From positions 1,110 through 65,109 of the forward strand of contig JAUSIP010000016.1 of the NCBI GenBank assembly GCA_030648005.1: a DNA stretch of 64,000 nt, read 5' to 3'. This DNA comes from a bacterium. Its GTDB lineage: Bacteria; Patescibacteriota; Minisyncoccia; Phycocordibacterales; UBA12445. Positions 1 to 8,913 of the stretch are shown one piece after another (position 1 is the stretch's first letter; each line of letters starts with the position of its first letter). The notes under the pieces are model-generated. The model made no database searches and was not told where the DNA came from. It worked only from the letters and a program-made list of their open reading frames with translations. The position numbers and the translations under genes are program-made.

Positions 1-1
1 A

Positions 2-3000
2 TCAAGTTCTGATTTCAGTATTTGTTGTGTAGCAACCACCTCTAGTAGTAATCCTTCTGTTGCTACTCAAAATACCGACATCAATGGTCCTGGGACAGGC
101 ACTGTCGGTATAAAAACCATTACAGCTGACACGCTAGCCAAAACTGTTACGTTAACTCTCGATACTGCGACAAGATCAGAAAATAGCGACACTCACGACT
201 TCTTACGATTTACGATCGCTGGACTCAAGAATCCTTCTATTCCAAAAGGGATAGATTCATCAGGGTACGTTCTTGATATCAAATCTAAGAATGCTTCAGG
301 AGTGTTACTTGAATCATTCAATGCTAATCCTGTTTATATTGGTGGTGGTACAGCAGGTGGAGGATCTGTGACAACAATCAGGGGTGTTGTTTCTGGGAAC
401 GGTAGTAATTTGAAAGATGTTCCTGTTCACCTCATGTCGCCTTCAACTGGCCCACAAGATGCTACGACCGATGCTAACGGCTTGTATCAGTTCACTAATA
501 TTCCTGTCGGCTCGCAGTTCTTGTCAAATAACTTTGGTGGCGGTAATGAATATATGGTGTTCATTGAGCCATTCATAACCGGTGTTAGTGATGAGAACGG
601 CGCCACAACAACCAACTTCTTCGGTAATACTATGCCGTCACCAGTTATCGCGACCTCTACCAGTCTTATAGGGAAAAACTTCTCTCTTACTCCTGCAAAC
701 ACAGCTTCAATCGCAGCTAATTTCACTGTAAGGTTAACAGCTGCAGCCAATACTTTCACCGCCGCAGAGACCCTCGATGTATTTGCTGGCGGCCCCGGCC
801 AGTTTGTCTCAAGAACTATTACTCCTGGAGCCTCTGCTTTAAGCAACTCAACTCTTACTACCGTGCCTATTCCTAAGGTGAACGGTTCATGGGGTGTTGG
901 TATTAGTCCGCCTATGCCTAAGGGCGGAGGGTTTAGTGGTCCGCCACCATCACCAAATTGGTCTATGCCTAAGCCGATAGAGGTTAAGGTTTCCGGATGT
1001 CCTTCAGCCTGCGTAACATCCGTTAGTGGCTTCGCTACGACCTCCAATATCTTCACGATTTCTACCGCCGACAAAACTATTTCTGGCGTGTTGAAAGATG
1101 GCAGTGGTAATGCTATCGCTAGTGCTATGGTGTTCGCCTTCTCTCCATCGACAGACGCCGGAGGAGGTACAGGCAACAGCACTCAAAGTTCTACAGTGGG
1201 CGCCTTCTCTATTAAGGTGGTTGCCGGAACATATGTGGTTGGTGCGTACTCTCCGGGTATTGGTGAATCGAAGAAGGTTACTGTTGTTGTTGATAGTTCA
1301 GGCAATGTTTTTGTCGACGGCAATGCGACTGCTTCTACTGGCTCGTCAGGAGCTAATCCTTTCACACTTAAAATGGTTAAGCCTGACTACTCTATTACAG
1401 GTCAGGTAACGGATGGTTCGAGCGCAGTCGGTAACGCCCCAGTCTTTGCTTACCGTACGGATGCCCCAGGTCATGCCGATGCCATGAGTGACTCTTCAAC
1501 AGGAAACTATACACTTTACGTCAGTAATGGTACGTGGAAAGTAAGCTCGTTCATTCCTGGGTTTGGTCCAATGGCTGAGCAGACGGTGACTGTTTCAGGT
1601 AGTAGTCAGTCAAATATAAATTTCGCGCCATCTTCCAGTCAGACCTTCAGTATCTTGTCCGGTAATATCTATGAAGATACAAACAGGAGTGATACCTTTA
1701 CGGCCGGAGAGGGTTTGTCCGGTGCGGTAATTCGAGTTTCTAATGGCACAAATGTAAATGAAGGTGTGTCGAGTACTGACGGCGCTTATACTGTTCGAGT
1801 GCCATCCGGTACAGGTTACAAGATCCAAGATATTTTCAGCCCGACTTATGGTAGGATTGCGCCGATTGGAGATAGTGGCGCGGCAATTGGTACGATTAAT
1901 TTAACTGCTTCAACTACTAAGAATATCCGTATTCCTATCCGAGGAACTGTCAGTATCATAATTAAGGATTCAAGTGGCAATCCGCTTACAGTACCTAAGG
2001 CGTTTATTGATCTCTTTGACAATACGACTGGTTTGGGTAATCACGTAGAGATTGATAACGGAACCACTACATCCATACTCATGGCATCAAGCACCTCAGC
2101 CTATACTGTGAAAGCTTATATACAGGGTATTCCTCCAGCTAATATTTCTGTTGCGTCTGATGATGCCGGAACAACAGTCACATCTGGTAGGATAACGATC
2201 AACCGCGCTACTGAATATATTAAGATTGTGGTTAACACCGCCTCGGCTGGTATGAGCACTATCTCCGGTACCGTATATAAAGATTCCGCTACATCCGGCA
2301 ACGAACTCGAAGGCGCATGGATTCAATTCGTCGATCAGACCAACGGTGTTCAGTTTGGTACCCAGTCTACATCTAGCGGAAGATACAGCATAAAGGCTTT
2401 AGATGGTACTTATCAGATACTTGTATCAAAGCCTCAATATGTTGCTACTCCAACAACTTTAGTTGTTTCAGGCGCAACAACACAGAACATGACCATGACG
2501 CAATCCTCCCTGACTATCTCCGGTACTGTGACATCTGGTGGTGTGGCCGCCGCTAGCTCATTCGTTCGTGGTGAGAAAGTGGGAGGAGGTCAAGCCATAA
2601 CACAAACAGATACAAATGGTACTTATACCTTGAACGTTACTCCCGGTACTTGGAGAGTCTTCGCAGCTGCTGATGGTTATGCAGAGGCCGGTTATGCTTC
2701 TAATCCGCTGACTGTTTCTAGTTCGCAATCCAGTATCAATGTCGCTCTTTCAACCGCTGCATCCGTTCAGTCAAAGTTGGCTACTTCCAACACCTTTAGT
2801 GATACTTCAGCAGGAACTTTCAGTGACACTACGGTTAACCTTAAGGTAAGTGTTGATGCAAATGCTTTTGGTTCTGCTGGGGCGAGTTCCTACTTCACCG
2901 CCAAGGAGACTACTAACTATCCAAATACAACTAGTGTTAATATTGTCGCTAATAAAGCTAAGGATATCAGTGCTTTCTCGGGAGGTAGCCAGGTTACAAA

Positions 3001-4144
3001 TCTTGCATCCGGCAAAACAGCAGATGTTGAATTGACTTATACTGTGGCAGAGTTAGCAACTTCAAATATAGACACCACAACAGAGGTCGGCAAATTAACA
3101 GTCGTATCTTATAGTTCCGATAAGGGAGATTGGGAAACATTAAGTACGGTCGCAACCTACAAAGATTCGGCTGGAGATGTCGTGGCTTCCCCGAATGCTA
3201 ATCTATCTAACGTATCATCAGTCAGCTTCATTGCCTCAGGTACTCACTTCTCAGCATACGCCCTATCTTCTTCTGAGGGTGTATCACCGCCCGATGCGCC
3301 GACAGGAGTGACTGCTACTCCGGCAACAAACGTAGCTAGGGTTACGTTAACGTGGACTGCCTCTCCTGATGCTGAAGGATATTATGTTTACAGAGACACA
3401 TCTGCTGGTGGCACCTTCCCGTTAATTGGAAATCCTGGAAACACAACAAGCTATACCGATAATGCTGTATCAATCTCAACTACCTACCTCTATAAGGTGT
3501 CGGCATTTAAATCTAGTGGCGCTTCGGAATCATCACCTTCATCTGCTGTGAGCGCCACAACTCTTTCTGGCGGAGGTGGCGGAGGCGGAGGAGGAGCTGC
3601 CGCGTCACCTTCACCTGCTCCAGCAGCATCTACACCAGTAGTTGCCACTCCGGCACCTGTTGCGAAGCCAGCTGTTAAAGAGACCATAGGTCTTGCAATC
3701 CCTGTAAGTACTAGTGGTACAAATAGGATAGTTATAGGACATAAATTCTTGAAGGTGCTTAAGATTGGCAATAAGGGCAATGAGGTCAAGGCCCTTCAGG
3801 ATATTCTTGAGGCACAGGGACATCTTAAGATGCCTAAGGGTGTAGCTAAGGGCACCTTCGGCTCATTAACCAAAGAGGCTATTAAGAAGTTCCAGAAAGC
3901 CAATAATATCGCCAAAGAGGGTCAGCCTGGCTTCGGTGATCTTGGACCTAAGACTAGAGCGAAGTTGAATGAGATGGCTGTGGTAGAAACACCAAAAACG
4001 GAGGCAGAACCGGCCAAAGCACCAGAAGCATCTAAGTCAGCATCTGTTATGACTTCGGAGGCTAAAACAGCATTGATCAGCACTCTCTTACAGCAAATTC
4101 AGGCTCTGCAAGAAGTGCTTAAGGGTCTGAAGGCCGGACAATAG
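2..4144 (+). CDS. Giant secreted/cell-surface protein, 5'-truncated by the window edge. It has tandem beta-sandwich (carboxypeptidase-regulatory-like) repeats, an FN3 domain, a Gly/Ala/Pro linker and a C-terminal peptidoglycan-binding domain.
   Basis: Frame 2 is open from nt 2, with no stop before the GTG at 302 used by the ORF track. It contains repeated ~90-aa modules (e.g. SGTVT..DTNGTYTLNVTPGTWRV). It has the FN3-like PDAPTGVTATPATNVARVTLTWTASPDAEGYYVYRD, a GGGGGGGGAAASPSPAPAA linker, and the PG_binding_1-like NEVKALQDILEAQGHL...GTFGSLTKEAIKKFQKAN. Confidence 0.8.
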   Translation, partial: SSSDFSICCVATTSSSNPSVATQNTDINGPGTGTVGIKTITADTLAKTVTLTLDTATRSENSDTHDFLRFTIAGLKNPSIPKGIDSSGYVLDIKSKNASGVLLESFNANPVYIGGGTAGGGSVTTIRGVVSGNGSNLKDVPVHLMSPSTGPQDATTDANGLYQFTNIPVGSQFLSNNFGGGNEYMVFIEPFITGVSDENGATTTNFFGNTMPSPVIATSTSLIGKNFSLTPANTASIAANFTVRLTAAANTFTAAETLDVFAGGPGQFVSRTITPGASALSNSTLTTVPIPKVNGSWGVGISPPMPKGGGFSGPPPSPNWSMPKPIEVKVSGCPSACVTSVSGFATTSNIFTISTADKTISGVLKDGSGNAIASAMVFAFSPSTDAGGGTGNSTQSSTVGAFSIKVVAGTYVVGAYSPGIGESKKVTVVVDSSGNVFVDGNATASTGSSGANPFTLKMVKPDYSITGQVTDGSSAVGNAPVFAYRTDAPGHADAMSDSSTGNYTLYVSNGTWKVSSFIPGFGPMAEQTVTVSGSSQSNINFAPSSSQTFSILSGNIYEDTNRSDTFTAGEGLSGAVIRVSNGTNVNEGVSSTDGAYTVRVPSGTGYKIQDIFSPTYGRIAPIGDSGAAIGTINLTASTTKNIRIPIRGTVSIIIKDSSGNPLTVPKAFIDLFDNTTGLGNHVEIDNGTTTSILMASSTSAYTVKAYIQGIPPANISVASDDAGTTVTSGRITINRATEYIKIVVNTASAGMSTISGTVYKDSATSGNELEGAWIQFVDQTNGVQFGTQSTSSGRYSIKALDGTYQILVSKPQYVATPTTLVVSGATTQNMTMTQSSLTISGTVTSGGVAAASSFVRGEKVGGGQAITQTDTNGTYTLNVTPGTWRVFAAADGYAEAGYASNPLTVSSSQSSINVALSTAASVQSKLATSNTFSDTSAGTFSDTTVNLKVSVDANAFGSAGASSYFTAKETTNYPNTTSVNIVANKAKDISAFSGGSQVTNLASGKTADVELTYTVAELATSNIDTTTEVGKLTVVSYSSDKGDWETLSTVATYKDSAGDVVASPNANLSNVSSVSFIASGTHFSAYALSSSEGVSPPDAPTGVTATPATNVARVTLTWTASPDAEGYYVYRDTSAGGTFPLIGNPGNTTSYTDNAVSISTTYLYKVSAFKSSGASESSPSSAVSATTLSGGGGGGGGGAAASPSPAPAASTPVVATPAPVAKPAVKETIGLAIPVSTSGTNRIVIGHKFLKVLKIGNKGNEVKALQDILEAQGHLKMPKGVAKGTFGSLTKEAIKKFQKANNIAKEGQPGFGDLGPKTRAKLNEMAVVETPKTEAEPAKAPEASKSASVMTSEAKTALISTLLQQIQALQEVLKGLKAGQ

Positions 4145-4162
4145 ATTTCCCTGTTGCAATAG

Positions 4163-4198
4163 AAAAAAAACACTCCGCTTCTCAGCGGAGTGTTTTTG
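4163..4198 (+). terminator. Rho-independent terminator of the surface-protein gene
   Basis: An A-run precedes a CACTCCGCT-TCTC-AGCGGAGTG stem-loop, followed by TTTTTGTT. Confidence 0.75.
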
Positions 4199-4227
4199 TT
4201 AGACAAAAGTTCAAATTTAGTTTAAAT
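4199..4227 (+). promoter_or_regulatory. Putative promoter of the tRNA-Leu/tRNA-Cys pair
   Basis: TTAGAC-17 nt-TTAAAT lies about 20 nt upstream of tRNA-Leu. Confidence 0.3.
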
Positions 4228-4247
4228 TTAAGTGTGTCGAGTTGAAG

Positions 4248-4331
4248 GCCTGGGTGGCGGAATTGGTATACGCTACAGACTTAAAATCTGTCGCCCGTAA
4301 GGGATTGAGGGTTCGATTCCCTCCCCAGGCA
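4248..4331 (+). tRNA. tRNA-Leu (anticodon TAA)
   Basis: Hand-folded cloverleaf. Acceptor is GCCTGGG/CCCAGGC. Anticodon arm is ACAGA-CTTAAAA-TCTGT. It has a long variable arm and T arm GAGGG-TTCGATT-CCCTC. CCA is not fully encoded. Confidence 0.9.
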
Positions 4332-4347
4332 CCGCCGTATAAATTAT

Positions 4348-4422
4348 GGCCCGATAGCCAAGTGGTAAGGCAAAGATCTGCAAAATCTTTATGCGGGAGT
4401 TCAATTCTCCCTCGGGCCTCCA
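4348..4422 (+). tRNA. tRNA-Cys (anticodon GCA), CCA encoded
   Basis: Acceptor is GGCCCGA/TCGGGCC. Anticodon arm is AAGAT-CTGCAAA-ATCTT. T arm is GGGAG-TTCAATT-CTCCC. The discriminator is T, followed by CCA. Confidence 0.9.
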
Positions 4423-4423
4423 A

Positions 4424-4762
4424 TTATTTTGTTTTCTGGATGAGGGAATCTATATGCTGTCTATTTTTCTCCCCCATATCTATAGCAAAATCGAAGATAG
4501 GGTAGCGTCCAAGTCCTACAGCTTTCACCTTAACATATTCGCGGAAGTCACTCCTCTGTCTTTTGGCGAAACTCAACGCCTGTTCTTCGTACTTGTCCGG
4601 AAAGACAGTGATGAGGACGGTGACATTTTTATTGTCCCTACTTGCGCTGATACCAGTAACTGTAAGCAGCGCGTGTCCTGCTGATTCACGAGCTAGAAAT
4701 TCAGCCGCTAGCGTCATAAATCGCGCCGATATTCTATTTTCTCTTTTTCCATCTGACTCCAT
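4424..4762 (-). CDS. rbfA: Ribosome-binding factor A
   Basis: A 112-aa protein directly downstream of infB (the conserved infB-rbfA order), with RbfA-like length and pattern (ALLTVTGISASRDNKNVTVLITVF). Confidence 0.7.
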   Translation of the reverse strand: MESDGKRENRISARFMTLAAEFLARESAGHALLTVTGISASRDNKNVTVLITVFPDKYEEQALSFAKRQRSDFREYVKVKAVGLGRYPIFDFAIDMGEKNRQHIDSLIQKTK

Positions 4763-4767
4763 AGTAA

Positions 4768-6270
4768 TTATTTTTGTACTACGTCGAACACTTCTATTGT
4801 ATCATCTATTGCGATTGTAATCTTACTTTCTATTAGAGCGCCGAATTGGTTACCCTTAACAACCTCATCCGCTTTTTGTTTCTGCTGTTGCAGATCAACG
4901 ATAGTGCCCCGGCCGATCTCGTTCAACTGCCTTAATACCTTACACTTCCGGCCGAGCATTAACGAGCCCTCTAATACTGCACCGCCGACAATCTGTCTAT
5001 CTTTGGTCTTGCTGAATATCTTCAAGATCTTCGCTTTGCCGACAGTCTCTTCAACTTCAATCTTCGGAGTCCTCTCCTTCATCTCTTTGACTATAATTGG
5101 GCTGATATCGTAAATTATGTTGAAGATTCTAGGGGTTAGGTTTAAATTCTCAGCCATATCTTTGGCGGTATTATCGATTTTTACATTGAAGCCGATTATA
5201 AGTGGGCGCAAGCTTCCCGAAGCCGTCTTTATATCGTTCTCGCTTATGTTGCCGACGCCTTTGATGATGAATTTGATCTTTGCCTCGGTTGTCTCAAGCT
5301 TAAGAAGCTCTTTCTCAATAGCTTCCAGAGATCCGGAAACATCAGCTTTTAAGACTACTGGCACCACCACCCGGGCATTCTCAAATCTTGACTCATCCTT
5401 TTTTGATAACTCTTTTTGTTCGGCTTCTTTCGCCAACTTTTCCGCCTCTTTCTTGCTACCTACTGATCTAAACTTCGCTCCGGCTGGTACAACTTCACCA
5501 AAGCCAATAACTTTAATAGGGGAGGGTGCTTGTGCCTCGTCTACCGACTGACCCATAGAATTCTCCATATATCTCACTGGAGTTATGTTTTTGCCGATCA
5601 CCAAGAATGTGCCTTTTTTAAGAACACCATCTCGGAGGATGATCGTTGCCGACCCGCCCTTCTTTGGATCGAGGTTTGATTCGATTACGAAACCCTCAGC
5701 ATCTTTGGTTGTGTCTATCTTTAGTTCCCCCATTTCTGCGATAAGAAGCATTACATCGAGTAGCTCAGACACTCCGGCGCCTGTCTTGGCGGAGATTGGA
5801 GCGAACGGCACATTTCCACCAAAACCTTCGAGATAAACGCCGGCGGCAGCCAGATCAACCTTAACCTTCTCCACGTTTGCATTCGGTTTATCTATCTTAT
5901 TGATTGCCACAATGTAAGGCACTTTGGCTTGCTCGATAGTTTTTAAGGCCTCGAGAGTCTGTACTTTAACACCGTCATCTGCCGCAACAACCAAAATAAC
6001 AATATCGGCCACTTCAGCTCCACGCGAACGCATCTTTGAGAAGGCCTCATGCCCTGGAGTGTCCAAGAAGGTGATATTCTTCTCGGCTCCAGCTTCGGTC
6101 TTGTGTACTACTTCATAAGCGCCAAGATGCTGAGTGATACCTCCGGCTTCTTTGTCTACGGTACTTGATTTTCTAATGTAATCTAAAAGAGTTGATTTAC
6201 CATGATCAATATGCCCCATCACTGCGACAATAGGCGAACGCTCTTGATTGTTTGTCTCTTTTTTTGTCAT
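4768..6270 (-). CDS. infB: Translation initiation factor IF-2 (short form lacking the long N-terminal region)
   Basis: GTPase motifs [17 protein letters not shown] and NKID, followed by IF-2 C-terminal domains. Length is 500 aa. Confidence 0.95.
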   Translation of the reverse strand: MTKKETNNQERSPIVAVMGHIDHGKSTLLDYIRKSSTVDKEAGGITQHLGAYEVVHKTEAGAEKNITFLDTPGHEAFSKMRSRGAEVADIVILVVAADDGVKVQTLEALKTIEQAKVPYIVAINKIDKPNANVEKVKVDLAAAGVYLEGFGGNVPFAPISAKTGAGVSELLDVMLLIAEMGELKIDTTKDAEGFVIESNLDPKKGGSATIILRDGVLKKGTFLVIGKNITPVRYMENSMGQSVDEAQAPSPIKVIGFGEVVPAGAKFRSVGSKKEAEKLAKEAEQKELSKKDESRFENARVVVPVVLKADVSGSLEAIEKELLKLETTEAKIKFIIKGVGNISENDIKTASGSLRPLIIGFNVKIDNTAKDMAENLNLTPRIFNIIYDISPIIVKEMKERTPKIEVEETVGKAKILKIFSKTKDRQIVGGAVLEGSLMLGRKCKVLRQLNEIGRGTIVDLQQQKQKADEVVKGNQFGALIESKITIAIDDTIEVFDVVQK

Positions 6271-6278
6271 GATATCTT

Positions 6279-6743
6279 CTAACCATTGTGGTTCTGAGAT
6301 TCCAAAATGGCCATCTTCTCTTCGTTGCTAAGTTCGTAGTCGGATTTGTGGCTCTGGAGTGGCTTAGCATAGATGCCAACTCGGTCTCTGCTGTATAGGC
6401 TTGATATCACCACTCCATCACCGTTGTCGTTAACGAAAGCGGTAGCGAAGCTTTGATTGCTTCCGGAATCTTTGAATGGGTTGAACCTTACCGTCTTAAC
6501 ACCTCTTATGTGGTGCCGCATCTTCTGTCTGATCGCCTCTATGTCTTGACGGAGTTCTGCTCTGGCTTTGGTTAGGTTATCTAGATCATTGCCGATCTTC
6601 TTAATAAGATCCTCTAGATCTCCACCACTTTTGCCCCGCATTAGTCTTCTTAATCGCAATTCCAGAATAATTACCCATATTAAGAGTAAAACTGAGACTG
6701 AAGCTATTATATATAGAACATTTCCCATATTTCGTATCGCCAA
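6279..6743 (-). CDS. DUF4446-family membrane-anchored protein
   Basis: It has an N-terminal TM helix and a coiled-coil. The C-terminal VRFNPFKDSGSNQSFATAFVNDNGDGVVISSLYSRDRVGIYAKP resembles DUF4446 as I recall it. Confidence 0.6.
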   Translation of the reverse strand: MAIRNMGNVLYIIASVSVLLLIWVIILELRLRRLMRGKSGGDLEDLIKKIGNDLDNLTKARAELRQDIEAIRQKMRHHIRGVKTVRFNPFKDSGSNQSFATAFVNDNGDGVVISSLYSRDRVGIYAKPLQSHKSDYELSNEEKMAILESQNHNG

Positions 6744-6810
6744 ATTGTACTACATTCTTAGGGGAATTACAAATTATTAATATTTATGCTAGCTTATAAT
6801 ACACAATATT

Positions 6811-8076
6811 ATGAAGAGCAAGACAAGACAGATATATATGGACTATGCTTCTGCGACGCCTATTGATCCACGGGTGGCTAAGGTGATGCAGAAGTATGTG
6901 AGTGTAGAGTGTGGCAACCCGAGCTCGATACATTCTTTGGGTGTATCTGCCAAGCGGGCAGTGGAAGATTCAAGGAAGAAGATTGCAAATGTTTTGAATT
7001 GCCAGGCGAAAGAGATAATTTTTACTAGTGGAGGTACAGAGGGTGATAATTTGGCAGTGTTAGGCACAGTCAGGAGTATAAGGGAAAAGTATAAGTATAA
7101 GGGAGGACACATAATAACGACCGCGATAGAACATCAGGCGGTGTTGGCACCGTGCCGACAGCTTGAGAAAGAGGGTTTTGAAGTGACATATCTGCCGGTT
7201 TCTAAAGAGGGGATAGTTGATCCGGAGGATGTGAAGAAGGCTCTTCGGCCTGACACCTTTCTTGTTTCTGTGATGTATGCGAATAATGAGGTGGGGACTG
7301 TCCAGCCTATTTCTGAAGTCGCTAAGGTTATACGCCGCTTCAAGTCCGGAAGTAAGGAATTTAAATTCCCTGCTCTTCTGCCTGCCCATGCTAGGGCAGG
7401 CGAGCATAATAGTGAAAGCGCGATGAATTTTGAAACCCATTCTCCGCTTTTTCACGTTGATGCGTGTCAGGCGCCGGGAGCTTTATTACTTAATGTGGCC
7501 AAGTTAGGCGTTGACATGATGACTCTAAGCGGAGCTAAGATTTATGGTCCGAAAGGTGTTGGATGTTTGTATTTAAAAAGTGGAGTTGAAATTTCTCCTA
7601 TAATCTACGGCGGAGGACAGGAGAAGGGTTTAAGGTCTGGTACGGAAAATGTCGCCGGTATTGTCGGTATGGCCGAAGTCTTAGTGACAGCTGATTTTGA
7701 TAGAGAGAAAGAGGGGATTAGATTAAGTAAATTAAGAGACTATTTTGCTGAGAAAATTTTAGAAGTTGTTTCTGATTCCGAGATAAATGGAAGTATGGAC
7801 AAGAGACTACCAAATAATTTAAACGTTTATATTCCGGATATTGGTAATGAACAGCTAGTGATAGAGCTTGATGCTATAGGTGTGGCCGTCTCATCCGGAA
7901 GCGCTTGTAATACGAACGAAGAGGGAAGTTCGCATGTTATAGATGCACTCGGTTATGGCCATGAAAGAAGCAGGGGATCTATACGATTCAGTCTGGGTAA
8001 GAGCACAACAAAGAAAGATATTGATTTCGTTATAAAAAATCTACCGGGGATTTTGGGTCGCATCAGGTTTAACTAA
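6811..8076 (+). CDS. Cysteine desulfurase (NifS/IscS-like class V aminotransferase) with a ~30-aa internal insertion
   Basis: Motifs YMDYASATP, SGGTEGDN, HVDACQA, SGAKIYGPKGVG (PLP lysine) and SSGSAC (active-site Cys). Confidence 0.9.
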   Translation: MKSKTRQIYMDYASATPIDPRVAKVMQKYVSVECGNPSSIHSLGVSAKRAVEDSRKKIANVLNCQAKEIIFTSGGTEGDNLAVLGTVRSIREKYKYKGGHIITTAIEHQAVLAPCRQLEKEGFEVTYLPVSKEGIVDPEDVKKALRPDTFLVSVMYANNEVGTVQPISEVAKVIRRFKSGSKEFKFPALLPAHARAGEHNSESAMNFETHSPLFHVDACQAPGALLLNVAKLGVDMMTLSGAKIYGPKGVGCLYLKSGVEISPIIYGGGQEKGLRSGTENVAGIVGMAEVLVTADFDREKEGIRLSKLRDYFAEKILEVVSDSEINGSMDKRLPNNLNVYIPDIGNEQLVIELDAIGVAVSSGSACNTNEEGSSHVIDALGYGHERSRGSIRFSLGKSTTKKDIDFVIKNLPGILGRIRFN

Positions 8077-8099
8077 GAATTAAGAATCAAATAAAGATT

Positions 8100-8139
8100 A
8101 AGCTGTTTTATTCTGACGGCCGTCAGAATAAAACAGCTT
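8100..8139. terminator. 40-nt perfect palindrome (bidirectional terminator-like hairpin)
   Basis: AAGCTGTTTTATTCTGACGG|CCGTCAGAATAAAACAGCTT, followed by TCGGATTTTT. Confidence 0.7.
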
Positions 8140-8155
8140 TCGGATTTTTGACAAT

Positions 8156-8183
8156 AAAAAAAGGTCAGGGGGATTCCCTGACC
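8156..8183 (-). terminator. Rho-independent terminator of the GC-rich minus-strand ORF
   Basis: The minus strand reads GGTCAGGG-AATCC-CCCTGACC followed by 7 T. Confidence 0.75.
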
Positions 8184-8202
8184 TTAGCACTCGAACCGAG
8201 TA

Positions 8203-8756
8203 CTACTTCTTCTGCTTGGACTTCTGTGCCGCCTTCTTCTTGGCTGCCTCCTGTGAGGACGACTGGATGGAGAGTCTCGAGGCCTTCGAATCGGCGTCGC
8301 GTTCCCGCTTGGCATCGGCTTCGCGCAGAGCGCGTGCTCGGCGTTCGGCCCGATTCCTTTCCTGCCGACCCGTCGTCACCTCCGGCTGGGCTTCGGTCTC
8401 GGACTTCAGCCCGGTGTAGGTCACGTGTCCCTTGAGAGACCGCAGGTCCCGCCAGAGGATGTTGAGACCACCACCGAAGCTGACCTTCGCGAGGTGACCC
8501 TGGATCTCCAGGACTCGGCCCTTGCCGTAGCTCGGGCGACCGACCGCGATGTCCTCCACCATGGGGTGGAAGACCGTGTCCGGCACCACCTCCAGGTTGG
8601 AGATGTGACACTTGACCACGCTCTTGCCGATACTGACCTCCGCGATGACCTTCTCGATGGACTCTCTAAGATCGACGGAATGGTGTTCACACGGCCCAGT
8701 ATGTTGCCGGGCATGCAGATGACGAGGTTGCCGGCACAGATGATGAGATTCTTCAT
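8203..8756 (-). pseudogene. GC-rich ORF of unknown function, apparently frameshifted near 8670-8700
   Basis: GGAGG lies 7 nt before ATG 8756. The frame from the ATG (MKNLIICAGNLVICMPGNILGRVNTIP) turns into Arg/Ser-rich nonsense. The -1 frame continues protein-like (VDLRESIEKVIAEV...GRVLEIQGHLAKVSFGGGLNILWRDL...) to the stop at 8203. Confidence 0.55.
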
Positions 8757-8845
8757 GGGATGTCCTCCGTTGTACGATTCACGCCTGTTTGAGCAGTGTT
8801 AGCTCGCTCAGGTTTACTATTTCAATAGTTCAGAGTCTACTTTAT

Positions 8846-8874
8846 ATCATACACCAATGGGTCTATTTTGTCAA
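8846..8874 (-). promoter_or_regulatory. Consensus sigma70-type promoter driving the GC-rich ORF
   Basis: The minus strand reads TTGACA (8874-8869), 17 nt, then TATGAT (8851-8846). Confidence 0.6.
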
Positions 8875-8876
8875 GT

Positions 8877-8905
8877 TTGGCCTTTTTAGTGGACTATTAT
8901 ATAAT
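8877..8905 (+). promoter_or_regulatory. Promoter of the 8914 gene (near-leaderless)
   Basis: TTGGCC-17 nt-TATAAT, with the ATG 8 nt after the -10 element. Confidence 0.5.
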
Positions 8906-8913
8906 AATAAGCA

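Noticed and set aside
487-1182. Long antisense or alternative-frame ORFs inside large genes (e.g. 487-1182-, 10143-10736-, 27654-28367-, 44467-45060-, 31595-32011-).
   Set aside because: They lie entirely within well-supported CDS on the opposite strand, have low-complexity or odd composition, and have no independent start or terminator signals. They are shadow ORFs.
3565-3600. GGC/GGA-rich run encoding Gly8, checked as a possible simple-sequence contingency locus.
   Set aside because: The codons are mixed (GGC/GGA/GGT) rather than a homopolymeric or perfect tandem tract, so slippage-prone behaviour is not evident.
7356-7369. The palindrome GGAATTTAAATTCC in the NifS-like gene resembles the abutted termini (TTTTGGAATTTAA / TTAAATTCCAAAA) of the 57.4-kb inverted-repeat element.
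   Set aside because: The shared part is only ~9 nt, and 14-nt palindromes are expected a few times per 64 kb by chance.
8112-8127. Recurrent GACGGCCGT(C) core at hairpin apexes (8115-8124, 21257-21265, 35559-35568; a related CGGCCGTC is at 63909-63916).
   Set aside because: CGGCCG occurs many more times in coding DNA of this window, and a 9-mer seen three times is only a modest enrichment. This is not enough to claim a motif without genome-wide statistics.
8425-8802. Plus-strand and other-frame ORFs in the GC-rich block (8148-8435+, 8216-8419+, 8425-8802+, 8165-8611-).
   Set aside because: High-GC DNA gives long open frames in all phases. Only the minus-strand reading has a promoter, SD and terminator together with protein-like sequence.
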